From positions 1,142,875 to 1,206,874 of the forward strand of contig OZ220708.1 of NCBI GenBank assembly GCA_965116595.1: a DNA stretch of 64,000 nt, in the 5' to 3' direction. A program made the translations under genes and the position numbers. Within the stretch, counting starts at the first letter, position 1, and every line of letters begins with the position of its first letter. Positions 28,858-38,171 of this stretch are shown in pieces. Source of the DNA: Arenicellales bacterium. GTDB taxonomy: Bacteria; Pseudomonadota; Gammaproteobacteria; Arenicellales; Poriferihabitantaceae. The notes beneath the pieces were generated by a model that saw only the letters and a program-made list of their open reading frames with translations, did no database searches and was not told the DNA's origin.

Positions 28858-29766
28858 CTAGCCGAATTGTTCGCCTGCGGCCAGTGCGCTTGATGCGGCA
28901 TACTCCGATGCAGCGACCTTGCCTGCGTCTGCCCGTACCCGCTTGAGTAATATGGAACCGTCACCGGCGGCGACCAGGATTCCCTCGCCGGATATTGCAA
29001 GTACCGTGCCTGGTCGCCCTGTTTCAGTCGAGACCCCGGCATCATAAATCTTCAGCGTATTGCCATTGTGTGTGGTCCATGCGCCGGGCTGTGGATTGGA
29101 GGCGCGGATGATGTTGTAGCATTGTTGAGTCGGCTCCCGCCAGTGGACCCTGGACTGTTCCTTGCCGAACCAGGATTCATACGTCCCTTTCGACAAATCC
29201 TGGACGATTTTCGGCGCGGTTCCGGCCTTTACCAGATCCAGCGCCTCAATCATCGCATCCACCCCCATCGGAAACAGTTTCCTGAAATAGACATCGCCCA
29301 GTGTTTCATCAGGATCTATCCCACATTCCTTTTGCAGCAGGATCGGACCTTCATCAAGACCATCATCCGGCCAGAAAATACTCAATCCTGTGCGGGTGGC
29401 GCCGGTTGCAATCGGCCAGTTGATCGAAGATGGACCGCGATGCATGGGCAGCAGTGACGGATGGTATTGAAAAGTTCCAAATTTCGGGGCATTCAAAACC
29501 GCCTCAGGTACAAACAGCAGGACATAAGCCATCATGCAGACATCGGCTCCAAATGATTTCATCAGGGCCAGTGATTCATCTGTTTTCCAGGAAGCGGGCT
29601 GGTGTACCGGAATATCATGTTCCAGCGCCAGTGCCTTGAGAGGATCAACCGGACGACCCTCCTTGTCGGGGGCTGTACACACCGCAACGACATTCTCATC
29701 GCGCTCAAGCAGCCTTTTCAATACGGCCTCACCGAATACCTGCTGACCATGCACTACGATTCTCAT
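28858..29766 (-). CDS. formyltransferase-fold protein (Fmt / 10-formyl-THF dehydrogenase N-domain-like)
   Basis: 302-aa ORF with the strings YHPSLLPMHRGPSSINW and IFWPDDGLDEGPILLQKEC, plus a C-terminal Fmt_C-like barrel (NPQPGAWT). Confidence 0.85.
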   Translation of the reverse strand: MRIVVHGQQVFGEAVLKRLLERDENVVAVCTAPDKEGRPVDPLKALALEHDIPVHQPASWKTDESLALMKSFGADVCMMAYVLLFVPEAVLNAPKFGTFQYHPSLLPMHRGPSSINWPIATGATRTGLSIFWPDDGLDEGPILLQKECGIDPDETLGDVYFRKLFPMGVDAMIEALDLVKAGTAPKIVQDLSKGTYESWFGKEQSRVHWREPTQQCYNIIRASNPQPGAWTTHNGNTLKIYDAGVSTETGRPGTVLAISGEGILVAAGDGSILLKRVRADAGKVAASEYAASSALAAGEQFG

Positions 29767-29799
29767 TTCTTAACTCCTGTTTCTACCGTGCCGCCAGCG

Positions 29800-31047
29800 C
29801 TACACCGCACCTGATTGTTTGATGGCTGCCATTTCTTCTGCACAATACCCGAGTACGTCCATCAGGATTTCATCGGTGTGCTCACCGAGTAACGGGGAAC
29901 GTTCGACCTCGACCGGGGAGTCCGACATTTTGATCGGACAACCTACCGTAAGATACTTTCCCCGCTCCGGATGATCCACTTCGACAATACTTCCGGTTTC
30001 CCTCAAGGAAGGTTCTTCCGACAACTCTTTCATCGAAAGTATCGGGCCGACCGGTATATTCAGGGGATTACAGATTTCCATGACCTCGAACTTGGTTTTG
30101 GTCATCGTCCATTGTTCAATCGTTTCAAATATTTCGTTCAACCGGAACAAACGAGCTTTCGGGGCAGCATAGTCGGGATCCGTTTTCCATTCCTCCTTGC
30201 CGATCACATCGCATACGTTTGCCCATGCCGCCGCCTGGGTAATGAAGTAGGTATAGGCATTGGGGTCGTTCTCCCAGCCCTTGCATTTCAATATTCGCCC
30301 AGGCTGGCCGCCGCCTGAATCATTGCCAGCGCGCGGCGTAGCGACGCCAAATTCGATGCCTTCGCCGTGTTGTGAATATTCGGTAAGGGGGCCGTGTTGC
30401 AGACGTTGTTGATCGCGCAGTTTTACCCGGCAAAGGTTCAGCACGCCGTCCTGCATCGGCGCCAGTACCTTTTGACCGCGCCCTGTCTTTTCACGCTGGT
30501 AAAGCGCGGACACCAGTCCCAGAGCCAGATGCAGCCCGGTACCTGAATCACCGATTTGCGCGCCTGTCACCAATGGAGGACCATCGGGAAAACCGGTCGT
30601 CGAAGCGGAGCCGCCCGCACACTGCGCCACGTTTTCATAGACTTTGCAATCCTCATAGGGTCCCGGGCCGAAACCCTTGACCGACCCCATGATCATCCGG
30701 GGATTCAATTCCTGGATTCTTTCCCATGAGAAGCCCATCCGGTCGAGCGCGCCGGGGGCGAAATTCTCTACCATCATATCGCATTCCCTGATCAGCCGCT
30801 CAAGCACCTTTTTGCCTGTTTCATTTTTGGAGTTCAGGGTGAGTGAACGCTTGTTATGATTCAACATCGTGAAATACAGTGAATCGGCGCCTTCAACATC
30901 AACCAGTTGTTTGCGTGTCGCATCACCGACTCCGGGGCGTTCCACCTTGATCACATCGGCGCCGAGCCACGCCAGCAACTGGGTGCAGGTCGGACCCGAC
31001 TGAACATGGGTAAAGTCAAGAATCCTGATTCCTTCGAGAGCTTTCAT
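29800..31047 (-). CDS. frc: formyl-CoA:oxalate CoA-transferase
   Basis: 415-aa ORF collinear with E. coli YfdW / O. formigenes Frc along its whole length: [92 protein letters not shown]. Confidence 0.9.
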   Translation of the reverse strand: MKALEGIRILDFTHVQSGPTCTQLLAWLGADVIKVERPGVGDATRKQLVDVEGADSLYFTMLNHNKRSLTLNSKNETGKKVLERLIRECDMMVENFAPGALDRMGFSWERIQELNPRMIMGSVKGFGPGPYEDCKVYENVAQCAGGSASTTGFPDGPPLVTGAQIGDSGTGLHLALGLVSALYQREKTGRGQKVLAPMQDGVLNLCRVKLRDQQRLQHGPLTEYSQHGEGIEFGVATPRAGNDSGGGQPGRILKCKGWENDPNAYTYFITQAAAWANVCDVIGKEEWKTDPDYAAPKARLFRLNEIFETIEQWTMTKTKFEVMEICNPLNIPVGPILSMKELSEEPSLRETGSIVEVDHPERGKYLTVGCPIKMSDSPVEVERSPLLGEHTDEILMDVLGYCAEEMAAIKQSGAV

Positions 31048-31082
31048 ATTATTTCATCTAAAATTAATGATTGATCTTATGC

Positions 31083-32843
31083 CTATTTGTACATTGTCTG
31101 GGCTTTGGTGCCTGGCGCATATTCATCGGGATCAACCCAGACATTAACCACCGCACAGTTGCCGGTTTTTGCGATGGCTTCACGCGCCCGTTGCAGCGCC
31201 GGCTGAATTTCACGGGCTTCATGAACTTCTTCACCATAGCCGCCGATCATTTCCCCGAACTTGCCAAATGGAATGTCGCCCAGCTTGTTGCCGACATTGC
31301 CCCGTTCCGCGCCATATTTCGTTATTTGCCCGTATCTGATCTGATTCATCGCCGAATTGTTACCGACAACAGCGAGATAAGGAGCGCCGAACCGCTGGGC
31401 TGTTTCCATATCAAAGGATGTCATGCCAAACGAACCATCTCCATACAGGCACATGACCTCTTTATCCGGATTTGCCAGCTTGGCCGCCATCGAAAAGCCG
31501 GTGCCGACACCAAGCGAACCCAATGCTCCCGGGTCCATCCATTGGCCCGGATTTCTCGGGCGTACGGCCTGTGCTGAAATGGTCACGATATCGCCGCCAT
31601 CGCCGACATAAATCGTATCTTCACCCAGAAATTCATTGATTTCCCAGGCCAGCCGATAAGGATGAATCGGATTTTGATCGGTCGTAAACATCGGCATCAG
31701 TTTTGCCAGTTTGGTCGCTTCAATTGCGCGCAATTCAGCCATCCATTTTTGCCTTGCCTGACGCGCCCCCTTGTCCATCCGGGCCGATGCCGCCTGTTCC
31801 GTTGCCGCCAGTATCGCCCCCGGATCACCCGCCAGCCCCAGGCTGATATCCCGGTTTTTTCCCACTGTCGCATAGCTTTGATCGATTTGAATCAAGGTCG
31901 CCTTGTCTGAAATCCGCTTGCCGTATCCCATTCTGAAATCAAAAGGAGTGCCTGCAATCAGAATCACGTCAGCGTTTGAAAACGCGTCCCGGCGGGTACG
32001 GTCGAAATGATGAGGGTCGTCATTTGGCAACATCCCCCGGCTGGCGCCATTCATGTAGGCAGGAATATCCAGCGAACGAACGAAATTGATTGCATCCTGA
32101 TGCCCGCCGCTGCTCCAGACCTGTTGGCCGAAGAGGATGGCTGGCTTTTCCGCCTTGACCAGAATATCGGCCAGCTTCTCGATATCCGCAGGGTCGCCGA
32201 TTGAGCGTACCGATGCGCGATAACTGCCGGGCTCAGGTATTACGGCGCTCTCCGATGGAATTTCGCGGTCCAGGATATCCCTCGGGATTTCGAGATAGGA
32301 CGGACCATAGGCGCCATTAAAACATTCCCGGGCAGCCATCGAAACCATGTCGGCCACCCTTTCGGTGGAAAACACGCCTGAAGCAAATTTGGTAATTGGC
32401 GTCATCATGTCGACATGAGGCAAATCCTGCAACGATCCCATTTTATGCTGGGTCAGTGAACTCTGGCCTCCGATATGGAGCACCGGGCTTTCAGAACGAA
32501 ACGCGGTCGCGATACCGGTAACCGCATTGGTGCAGCCGGGTCCGGCGGTCGTCACGACACAACCGAGTTTCCCGGTCTGGCGGGCATAACCATCCGCCGC
32601 GTGGGCTGCGGTCTGCTCATGGCGAACGTCGACTATGCGGATACCTTCATCTATACAACCGTCGTAGATATCGATAATGTGACCGCCGCACAGTGTAAAA
32701 ATGGTATCCACACCTTCATTGCGCAAGGCCCTGGCGACGAGATGACCGCCGGAGATGACGTTCCGATCCCTGCTTTTTTTGGCAAGAGTATCCGTTGCGG
32801 TATCGGATTGTACTTTTTGGTCCAGTTCTTTGTTCATGATCAT
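31083..32843 (-). CDS. TPP-dependent enzyme (acetolactate synthase / oxalyl-CoA decarboxylase / 2-hydroxyacyl-CoA lyase superfamily)
   Basis: 586-aa ORF with VRHEQTAAHAADGYARQTGKLGCVVTTAGPGCTNAVTG and the TPP motif GDGSFGMTSFDMETA...VVGNN. Adjacency to frc suggests an acyl-CoA substrate, but the sequence looks closer to IlvX/ALS-like proteins than to canonical Oxc by eye. Confidence 0.7.
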   Translation of the reverse strand: MIMNKELDQKVQSDTATDTLAKKSRDRNVISGGHLVARALRNEGVDTIFTLCGGHIIDIYDGCIDEGIRIVDVRHEQTAAHAADGYARQTGKLGCVVTTAGPGCTNAVTGIATAFRSESPVLHIGGQSSLTQHKMGSLQDLPHVDMMTPITKFASGVFSTERVADMVSMAARECFNGAYGPSYLEIPRDILDREIPSESAVIPEPGSYRASVRSIGDPADIEKLADILVKAEKPAILFGQQVWSSGGHQDAINFVRSLDIPAYMNGASRGMLPNDDPHHFDRTRRDAFSNADVILIAGTPFDFRMGYGKRISDKATLIQIDQSYATVGKNRDISLGLAGDPGAILAATEQAASARMDKGARQARQKWMAELRAIEATKLAKLMPMFTTDQNPIHPYRLAWEINEFLGEDTIYVGDGGDIVTISAQAVRPRNPGQWMDPGALGSLGVGTGFSMAAKLANPDKEVMCLYGDGSFGMTSFDMETAQRFGAPYLAVVGNNSAMNQIRYGQITKYGAERGNVGNKLGDIPFGKFGEMIGGYGEEVHEAREIQPALQRAREAIAKTGNCAVVNVWVDPDEYAPGTKAQTMYK

Positions 32844-32897
32844 TTACTCACGTTTGATTTTGTGGATATTCGATTCCTCTGGAATCGTTCAGCCTTT

Positions 32898-33590
32898 TCA
32901 TTCAAGGTAATCGACAAATTTATCGACATGGTCAGCGAGATACATCGCATGGTCTTCAACCAGGCGTTTCGCCTTTCGCGCGTCACGGGCTTCAAGAGCT
33001 TCGATAATCCTGATGTGGTCGACAATTGATTCACTGGTTCGATTTCGCTCACCAATGGTTTTTCTTCGAATTGCGCGCATGTGGATGAACAAACCTCCGG
33101 TAATGTCGATCAACAGGTCACACTTGCTTAACTGGATCAGGCGTTGATGAAAAGTGATATTGGTTTCGGAGTATTCATCAATATGGGCGCGTGCCATGTT
33201 TGCATCATCGAAGGTAGCGAACAGTTTGCGCATTGACGCCAGTTCCGCATCGGTCGCTTTTTCTATCGCCATTACAGCCGCGACACCTTCGAGCGCCGCC
33301 CACACCTGAATGATATCCAGTATCTGTTTCTTTGTTTTCCGGATGACAAAAATTCCCAGCCTTGGAATCGTCTCTACCAGTCCCTCTTGCTCCAGACGTG
33401 TGATCGCCTCTCGCACCGGGGTTCGACTGACTTCCAGGTCACTGGCCAGTTTTCTTTCGTCCAGGACAGGCGCCTCGGCGCCGCTGTAAATGTCCATCCC
33501 GGAGATGGCTTCTTTTAACGCCGCATAAACCTTTTCCTTGAGCATTGGATTGGTCTCCAATGGTTTCAGGTTTACTTTTGAATTAGCCAT
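32898..33590 (-). CDS. GntR-family transcriptional regulator with FCD (FadR C-terminal-like) domain
   Basis: The internal ATG at 33590 (MANSKVNLKP...) is preferred. The winged-helix string is LDERKLASDLEVSRTPVREAITRLEQEGLV, followed by an all-helical C-terminal domain. Confidence 0.85.
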   Translation of the reverse strand: MANSKVNLKPLETNPMLKEKVYAALKEAISGMDIYSGAEAPVLDERKLASDLEVSRTPVREAITRLEQEGLVETIPRLGIFVIRKTKKQILDIIQVWAALEGVAAVMAIEKATDAELASMRKLFATFDDANMARAHIDEYSETNITFHQRLIQLSKCDLLIDITGGLFIHMRAIRRKTIGERNRTSESIVDHIRIIEALEARDARKAKRLVEDHAMYLADHVDKFVDYLE

Positions 33591-33627
33591 TTTCGCGCTT
33601 CCGGTTTTCCTGTGTGCCTTGTGTATT

Positions 33628-33637
33628 TTGTATACCA
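33628..33637. promoter_or_regulatory. TTGTATACCA, a near-copy of the tctC operator core, upstream of gntR (possible autoregulation site)
   Basis: Read directly, 38-47 nt upstream of the gntR ATG. It differs at one position from the 10-bp palindrome TGGTATACCA at 37041-37050. Confidence 0.3.
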
Positions 33638-33682
33638 GAGAAATCATCCCTGGGTGACATTCGTATTACTCTCGACATTTGA

Positions 33683-35203
33683 TTAACTGGTTCCGGCAGC
33701 CTGGTTCTTGCCGCGCATTCGATTACGGATAATCGGATAGAGGATCAACGCGACGGCTATGGCAATACAAACTGCGGAAATAGGACGCTCGAAAAAGACG
33801 GACGGATCGCCGTGAGAACCGATCAGAGTCTGTCTGAGAGACCGCTCCGCGAGTGGTCCGAGGACGATGGCCAACACCGCCGGCGCCACCGGGTAATCCA
33901 GTTTTCTCAACAAATATCCGACGATACCGAACAGGAACATCAGCCATACGTCATGCATGGTCTGGGTTGGCGCATAGCCGCCAACCACACAAAGAATGTA
34001 AATAATCGGCGCCAGTATGGTGAATGGCACGGTCAGAACACGGACAAATATCGGGATAAATGCCAGGTTAATCAATAACGTAACCGTGTTGGCGATATAT
34101 AACGATCCGATCAGACCCCAGACGAAATCAGGGTTTTCAGAAAACAGCAACGGCCCCGGACGCAGGCCCCAGATAATCATCCCGCCGAGCAGAATGGCAG
34201 TTGTCGGAGAACCCGGAATGCCCAGTGTAATCATCGGCAGCATGGAACCCGTTGACGCGGCATTGTTTGCGGCTTCTGGAGCGGCAACCCCTGAAATATT
34301 GCCTTTGCCGAAGGAATCCGGATCCTTTGAAAAGGTTTTCGCCAGACCATAAGACATTAACGAAGCGGGGGTGGCGCCGGCGGCAGGCAGCGTACCGACG
34401 AAAAATCCCAGAAATGATCCCAATGAGGTCGTTCCGATATATTTCCTGACATCCGGCAAATTCGCCAGCGTGGATTTTATCGACATTTTTACATTGTGCA
34501 CAACGACCTTGCCGCGGGTGGACTCGAGCGTCCACAACATCTCGCCAATACCATAAATTCCTATCGCCAGAACCAGAAAGTTGACCCCATGAAGGAATCC
34601 GGAAATATTGCCAAAAATCAGTCGTGGCTGACCAGAGATAATGTCCAGACCCACCGATGCGAGAACCAGTCCAATCAGAATAGAAAAAATGGTCTTTGGT
34701 ATATCATCTCCACCAAGTCCGATGAAGGTTGCGAAAGCCAGCACCATCAATGCGAATTCTTCTGTTGGCCCGAATTTAAGTGCAAAAACAGCAAGCGGCG
34801 GCGCGAACAATGTGAACAGTACAACTGATATGGTGCCTCCAATAAATGAGGCAATCGCCGCAGCGGTCAGAGCCTTGTCCGAGTGGCCGGATTGCGCCAG
34901 TGGACGACCATCGAAAACGGTGGCTACCGCAGTCGAAGCGCCAGGTATACCCAATGTTATGGAACTGATGGCGCCGCCATACATAGCGCCATAATAAATC
35001 GCGGCGAGAAATATGATCGCCGCAGTCGGGGGCACCAGAAAAGTGACGGGCAGCAATATGGCAACCCCGTTTACCGACCCCAGGCCGGGCATGGCTCCTA
35101 CCAGCAACCCGATCGTGCAACCGATCAGAATCATCAGGAAATTGGTGGGTTGCAGCGCATCGAGCAACCCGGTCATCAATAGCGGTAATACTGAATCAAG
35201 CAT
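33683..35203 (-). CDS. tctA: tripartite tricarboxylate transporter, large permease TctA
   Basis: 506-aa polytopic membrane ORF with TctA-typical strings (GLLVGAMPGLG, ITLGIPG repeated twice). Confidence 0.9.
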   Translation of the reverse strand: MLDSVLPLLMTGLLDALQPTNFLMILIGCTIGLLVGAMPGLGSVNGVAILLPVTFLVPPTAAIIFLAAIYYGAMYGGAISSITLGIPGASTAVATVFDGRPLAQSGHSDKALTAAAIASFIGGTISVVLFTLFAPPLAVFALKFGPTEEFALMVLAFATFIGLGGDDIPKTIFSILIGLVLASVGLDIISGQPRLIFGNISGFLHGVNFLVLAIGIYGIGEMLWTLESTRGKVVVHNVKMSIKSTLANLPDVRKYIGTTSLGSFLGFFVGTLPAAGATPASLMSYGLAKTFSKDPDSFGKGNISGVAAPEAANNAASTGSMLPMITLGIPGSPTTAILLGGMIIWGLRPGPLLFSENPDFVWGLIGSLYIANTVTLLINLAFIPIFVRVLTVPFTILAPIIYILCVVGGYAPTQTMHDVWLMFLFGIVGYLLRKLDYPVAPAVLAIVLGPLAERSLRQTLIGSHGDPSVFFERPISAVCIAIAVALILYPIIRNRMRGKNQAAGTS

Positions 35204-35250
35204 TAATTTAGTCCATCCGGTGTCGAATTGTATTTATTTCCATAACCCCA

Positions 35251-35757
35251 TCAGGAATACATCAGATCGTAGATCGGGTAAAACCATGTCTCAGTCCCCG
35301 CCTTGGGCAAAGGTATTTTCAGCGCCCATTCAAACAGGCAGAATATGAACACCGGAACTGCAATCGTCAACACAACAGTCAGCAGCCAGGTATGACGACC
35401 CACGAAACGCAGATAAAACAACAGGAAGAACAACAATGACGCGTAAATCCCGACCAGATGAGTCCCCACCAGCAAAAACAGAATCGCGCCGGCGGAAATC
35501 CCGACAACCAGCAATGCATCCCGGCTGATATAAGGCTCCAGCGAGCGCGATTCCGGAGTGATCCGACGAAACCAGCGATAGACCGTAGCCAGGGAGGCCA
35601 GCAGCATCCCGGCAGACAACCAGAAAGGCCAGGCCCCGGAGCCAGGACCACGATCCTCGATCCAGCCAATATTCAGTTCAGCGCTTTTCAACATCAGAGC
35701 GATTGAGCACAGCGCACAAATGAGCGCCATCAACAACTCAGCGGCTCGTACTGTCAT
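35251..35757 (-). CDS. tctB: tripartite tricarboxylate transporter small subunit TctB
   Basis: 168-aa ORF with 4 TM helices, sitting between tctC and tctA. It has a strong SD sequence (AGGAGG) 7 nt upstream of the ATG. Confidence 0.7.
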   Translation of the reverse strand: MTVRAAELLMALICALCSIALMLKSAELNIGWIEDRGPGSGAWPFWLSAGMLLASLATVYRWFRRITPESRSLEPYISRDALLVVGISAGAILFLLVGTHLVGIYASLLFFLLFYLRFVGRHTWLLTVVLTIAVPVFIFCLFEWALKIPLPKAGTETWFYPIYDLMYS

Positions 35758-35952
35758 GATTCAACCTCCTTCTCTGGCCGGCCCTGGGCTGCAGGAATTC
35801 CGGGACAGCGCGGTGAATGCAAAATCTGTCACAAATTGACCGGGACACCTGACGGGATACCTGACGAGGCAAACAGCGCCTCGCCAGACAACCCTGAACA
35901 GCGTCCTGAATGTGTCAGCCCCTGAACGGACGACACATTGGGTGACAACGAA

Positions 35953-36951
35953 TTATTCGCCGGTAATTGCAGATGCGCCGACTGCTTGGATCAGATTTTT
36001 GTGGAGTGCAATCTGATCTTTATGGTAGGCGCCAAGATCACTGCCCGACAACCAGGTATCGCAGGCCAGACCATCATCCGTGCAAAATTGCTGCCATTCA
36101 GCAGAATCGAACAGTTGCTTGAACAGATCGATATAGAAAGACTGCGCTTCGGCTGACATTCCCGGAGGGCCATTGATCGAACGCTGCATGTAGTATTGCA
36201 TGTCCACGCCCAACTCTTTCGCGGTGGGAATATCAGGGTATGCCGGAAGTCGTTCCGCCGTGAATTGAACCAGAGGTTTGGTATTACCCGCACGATAGAA
36301 TTCACTTTGCTCGGCAGGATTGTTGACGGTTGAGTCAATGTGCTTGCCTACCAGGTTTTTAGCGACCGTTCCACCACCCGGGAAGGGAATATAAGTCACG
36401 TCATAACCAAATGTCTGTTCCATCATCGCTGTCAGAATGGAATCTTCCTGACCCGTACCTGTTCCTCCGACTTTCCAGGTGCCGTCTGTCGCTTTTACTG
36501 CCGCAATGTAGCTGTCCAGATCGGTTATATCGGCCATGTCGGAATGAACCCACAACAGGAAGTTATCCACAGCCATACGCCCGACCGGGGTAAAGTTACT
36601 GACATCAACGCCAAGGTCCGGCTGGATGATCGGTGTCGTATAAAAACTGTTGAGCGTAACCAGTACAGTATGATCGTCGCCTGCCTTATCCTGCAGATAG
36701 CGCAATGCTTCACCACCGGAACCGCCAGGCTTGTTTATTGGAATAAAAGGGCGAGGTGAAAGATCTTTTGATTCAATCAACCCCTGTAACAATCGTGCAA
36801 TCTGATCTGCACCCCCACCTGCGCCAGCCATGATAATCAACTCAACGGGTTTTTTCGGTTCCCAAGCTGATGCTGACTGAGAATAGCCGGTTCCCGCGCC
36901 AACCACTACAAGAAGGGCTGACAAAGTTACGGCTTTTGCTAGTTTAATCAT
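35953..36951 (-). CDS. tctC: tripartite tricarboxylate transporter substrate-binding protein TctC (Bug family)
   Basis: The internal ATG at 36951 gives MIKLAKAVTLSALLVVVGAGTGYSQSASA, a signal peptide. Bug-family strings follow (KPVELIIMAGAGGGAD, NKPGGSGG). Confidence 0.85.
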   Translation of the reverse strand: MIKLAKAVTLSALLVVVGAGTGYSQSASAWEPKKPVELIIMAGAGGGADQIARLLQGLIESKDLSPRPFIPINKPGGSGGEALRYLQDKAGDDHTVLVTLNSFYTTPIIQPDLGVDVSNFTPVGRMAVDNFLLWVHSDMADITDLDSYIAAVKATDGTWKVGGTGTGQEDSILTAMMEQTFGYDVTYIPFPGGGTVAKNLVGKHIDSTVNNPAEQSEFYRAGNTKPLVQFTAERLPAYPDIPTAKELGVDMQYYMQRSINGPPGMSAEAQSFYIDLFKQLFDSAEWQQFCTDDGLACDTWLSGSDLGAYHKDQIALHKNLIQAVGASAITGE

Positions 36952-37033
36952 TAATAATCTCCAAAAAATGTTGTCCCGAACCCGGCCGCAAACATAAGGA
37001 TCTGCAAACAGCTGTCGGGAAGTAATTTTCATT

Positions 37034-37057
37034 TGGTATCTGGTATACCACATACCA
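37034..37057. promoter_or_regulatory. 24-bp near-perfect palindrome with GntR-type core, candidate operator for tctCBA
   Basis: TGGTATcTGGTATACCAcATACCA has 22/24 positions self-complementary, and the central TGGTATACCA is a perfect palindrome. It lies 6 nt downstream of the candidate -10 box. Confidence 0.45.
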
Positions 37058-37063
37058 ATTCCA

Positions 37064-37092
37064 AGAATAACCAACCTGATTCCCATTGTAAA
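37064..37092 (-). promoter_or_regulatory. sigma70-like promoter candidate for tctC
   Basis: The minus strand reads TTTACA (37092-37087), a 17-nt spacer, then TATTCT (37069-37064), about 110 nt upstream of the tctC ATG. Confidence 0.4.
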
Positions 37093-37280
37093 GCACTTCA
37101 GGTACAAAATTCCATACCGGGACGGTCAGGCGGCATCACCACCATCACTTTTGAGTGACCCGCCAATACTACTCTATCGGGATCAACAAATCCAAACCAT
37201 GTCACACAGGTCGTCATATCCACGCTCCCACCCGTCTTTTCCGCGCCTCCGACCGGAAGCAGGAACCGGGTTTGTGGATT

Positions 37281-38168
37281 TTAATGTGTGTTTTCCGATT
37301 TCAGTATGTCGAAAATGGTGGCGCCGATATGGACCGGAGATTCAACGACGGTCACCCCGGCTTCTGCGAGCAACGTCATTTTCCCTGCGGCCGAACCCGC
37401 ATTATGTTCAATGATGGCGCTGGCATGTCCCATACGACGTTCACTGGGGGCATGTTGCCCGGCGATATACGCAACCACCGGCTTTGGACAGGACTGTTCC
37501 GACAGATACTGTGCAGCCTGCTCTTCCTCGGTTCCTCCGATCTCACCAATCAGAACGACCCCATCGGTTTGCGGATCATCGTTGAACAACTTCAGACAAT
37601 CAACAAAATTAATTCCATGAACCGGGTCGCCGCCAATACCGATACAGGTTGACTGACCCAGACCCACCGCAGTCGTTTGCGATACCGCTTCGTAGGTCAG
37701 TGTACTTGAACGGGAAACCACACCGACACTTCCCGGCTTGAAAATCTCTGCCGGCATGATGCCGATTCGACAATCTTTCGGGGTGATGATGCCGGGGCTG
37801 TTCGGACCAATCAACGTGGAATTGCCCTGCTTCAATATCCGCACCACATTGACCATATCCAGTACCGGAATATGTTCAGTGATACAGACAATCAGTGTCA
37901 TTTCGGCTTCAATTGCCTCAATCATGGCGGCGGCGGCGGATTCCTTCGGCACGAAAATGACGGTTGTATCGGCGCCGCTGTCGACTTTCGCCTGCTTTAC
38001 GCTGTCGAAAACCGGCAACCCCAGGTGACGACCTCCCCCCTTGCCCGGCCTGACCCCTCCTACCATTTTTGTGCCGGATGAAATCGCGCGCTCAACATAG
38101 AAGGTGGCCTGACTGCCGGTTATTCCCTGACAGATGACACGAGTGGAAGAATCGACCAGAATGGACAC
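37281..38168 (-). CDS. succinyl-CoA synthetase alpha-subunit-like protein (ADP-forming acid-CoA ligase alpha)
   Basis: 295-aa ORF with VICQGITGSQATF, GGVRPGKGG and the phospho-histidine context RMGHASAII. Confidence 0.85.
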   Translation of the reverse strand: MSILVDSSTRVICQGITGSQATFYVERAISSGTKMVGGVRPGKGGGRHLGLPVFDSVKQAKVDSGADTTVIFVPKESAAAAMIEAIEAEMTLIVCITEHIPVLDMVNVVRILKQGNSTLIGPNSPGIITPKDCRIGIMPAEIFKPGSVGVVSRSSTLTYEAVSQTTAVGLGQSTCIGIGGDPVHGINFVDCLKLFNDDPQTDGVVLIGEIGGTEEEQAAQYLSEQSCPKPVVAYIAGQHAPSERRMGHASAIIEHNAGSAAGKMTLLAEAGVTVVESPVHIGATIFDILKSENTH

Positions 38169-38171
38169 AGG

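Noticed and set aside
32871-32887. A hairpin, CGATTCC-tct-GGAATCG, between the gntR stop and the oxc-like gene start, considered as a terminator.
   Set aside because: The stem is only 7 bp and no U-tract follows on the transcribed (minus) strand. That is insufficient to call an intrinsic terminator.
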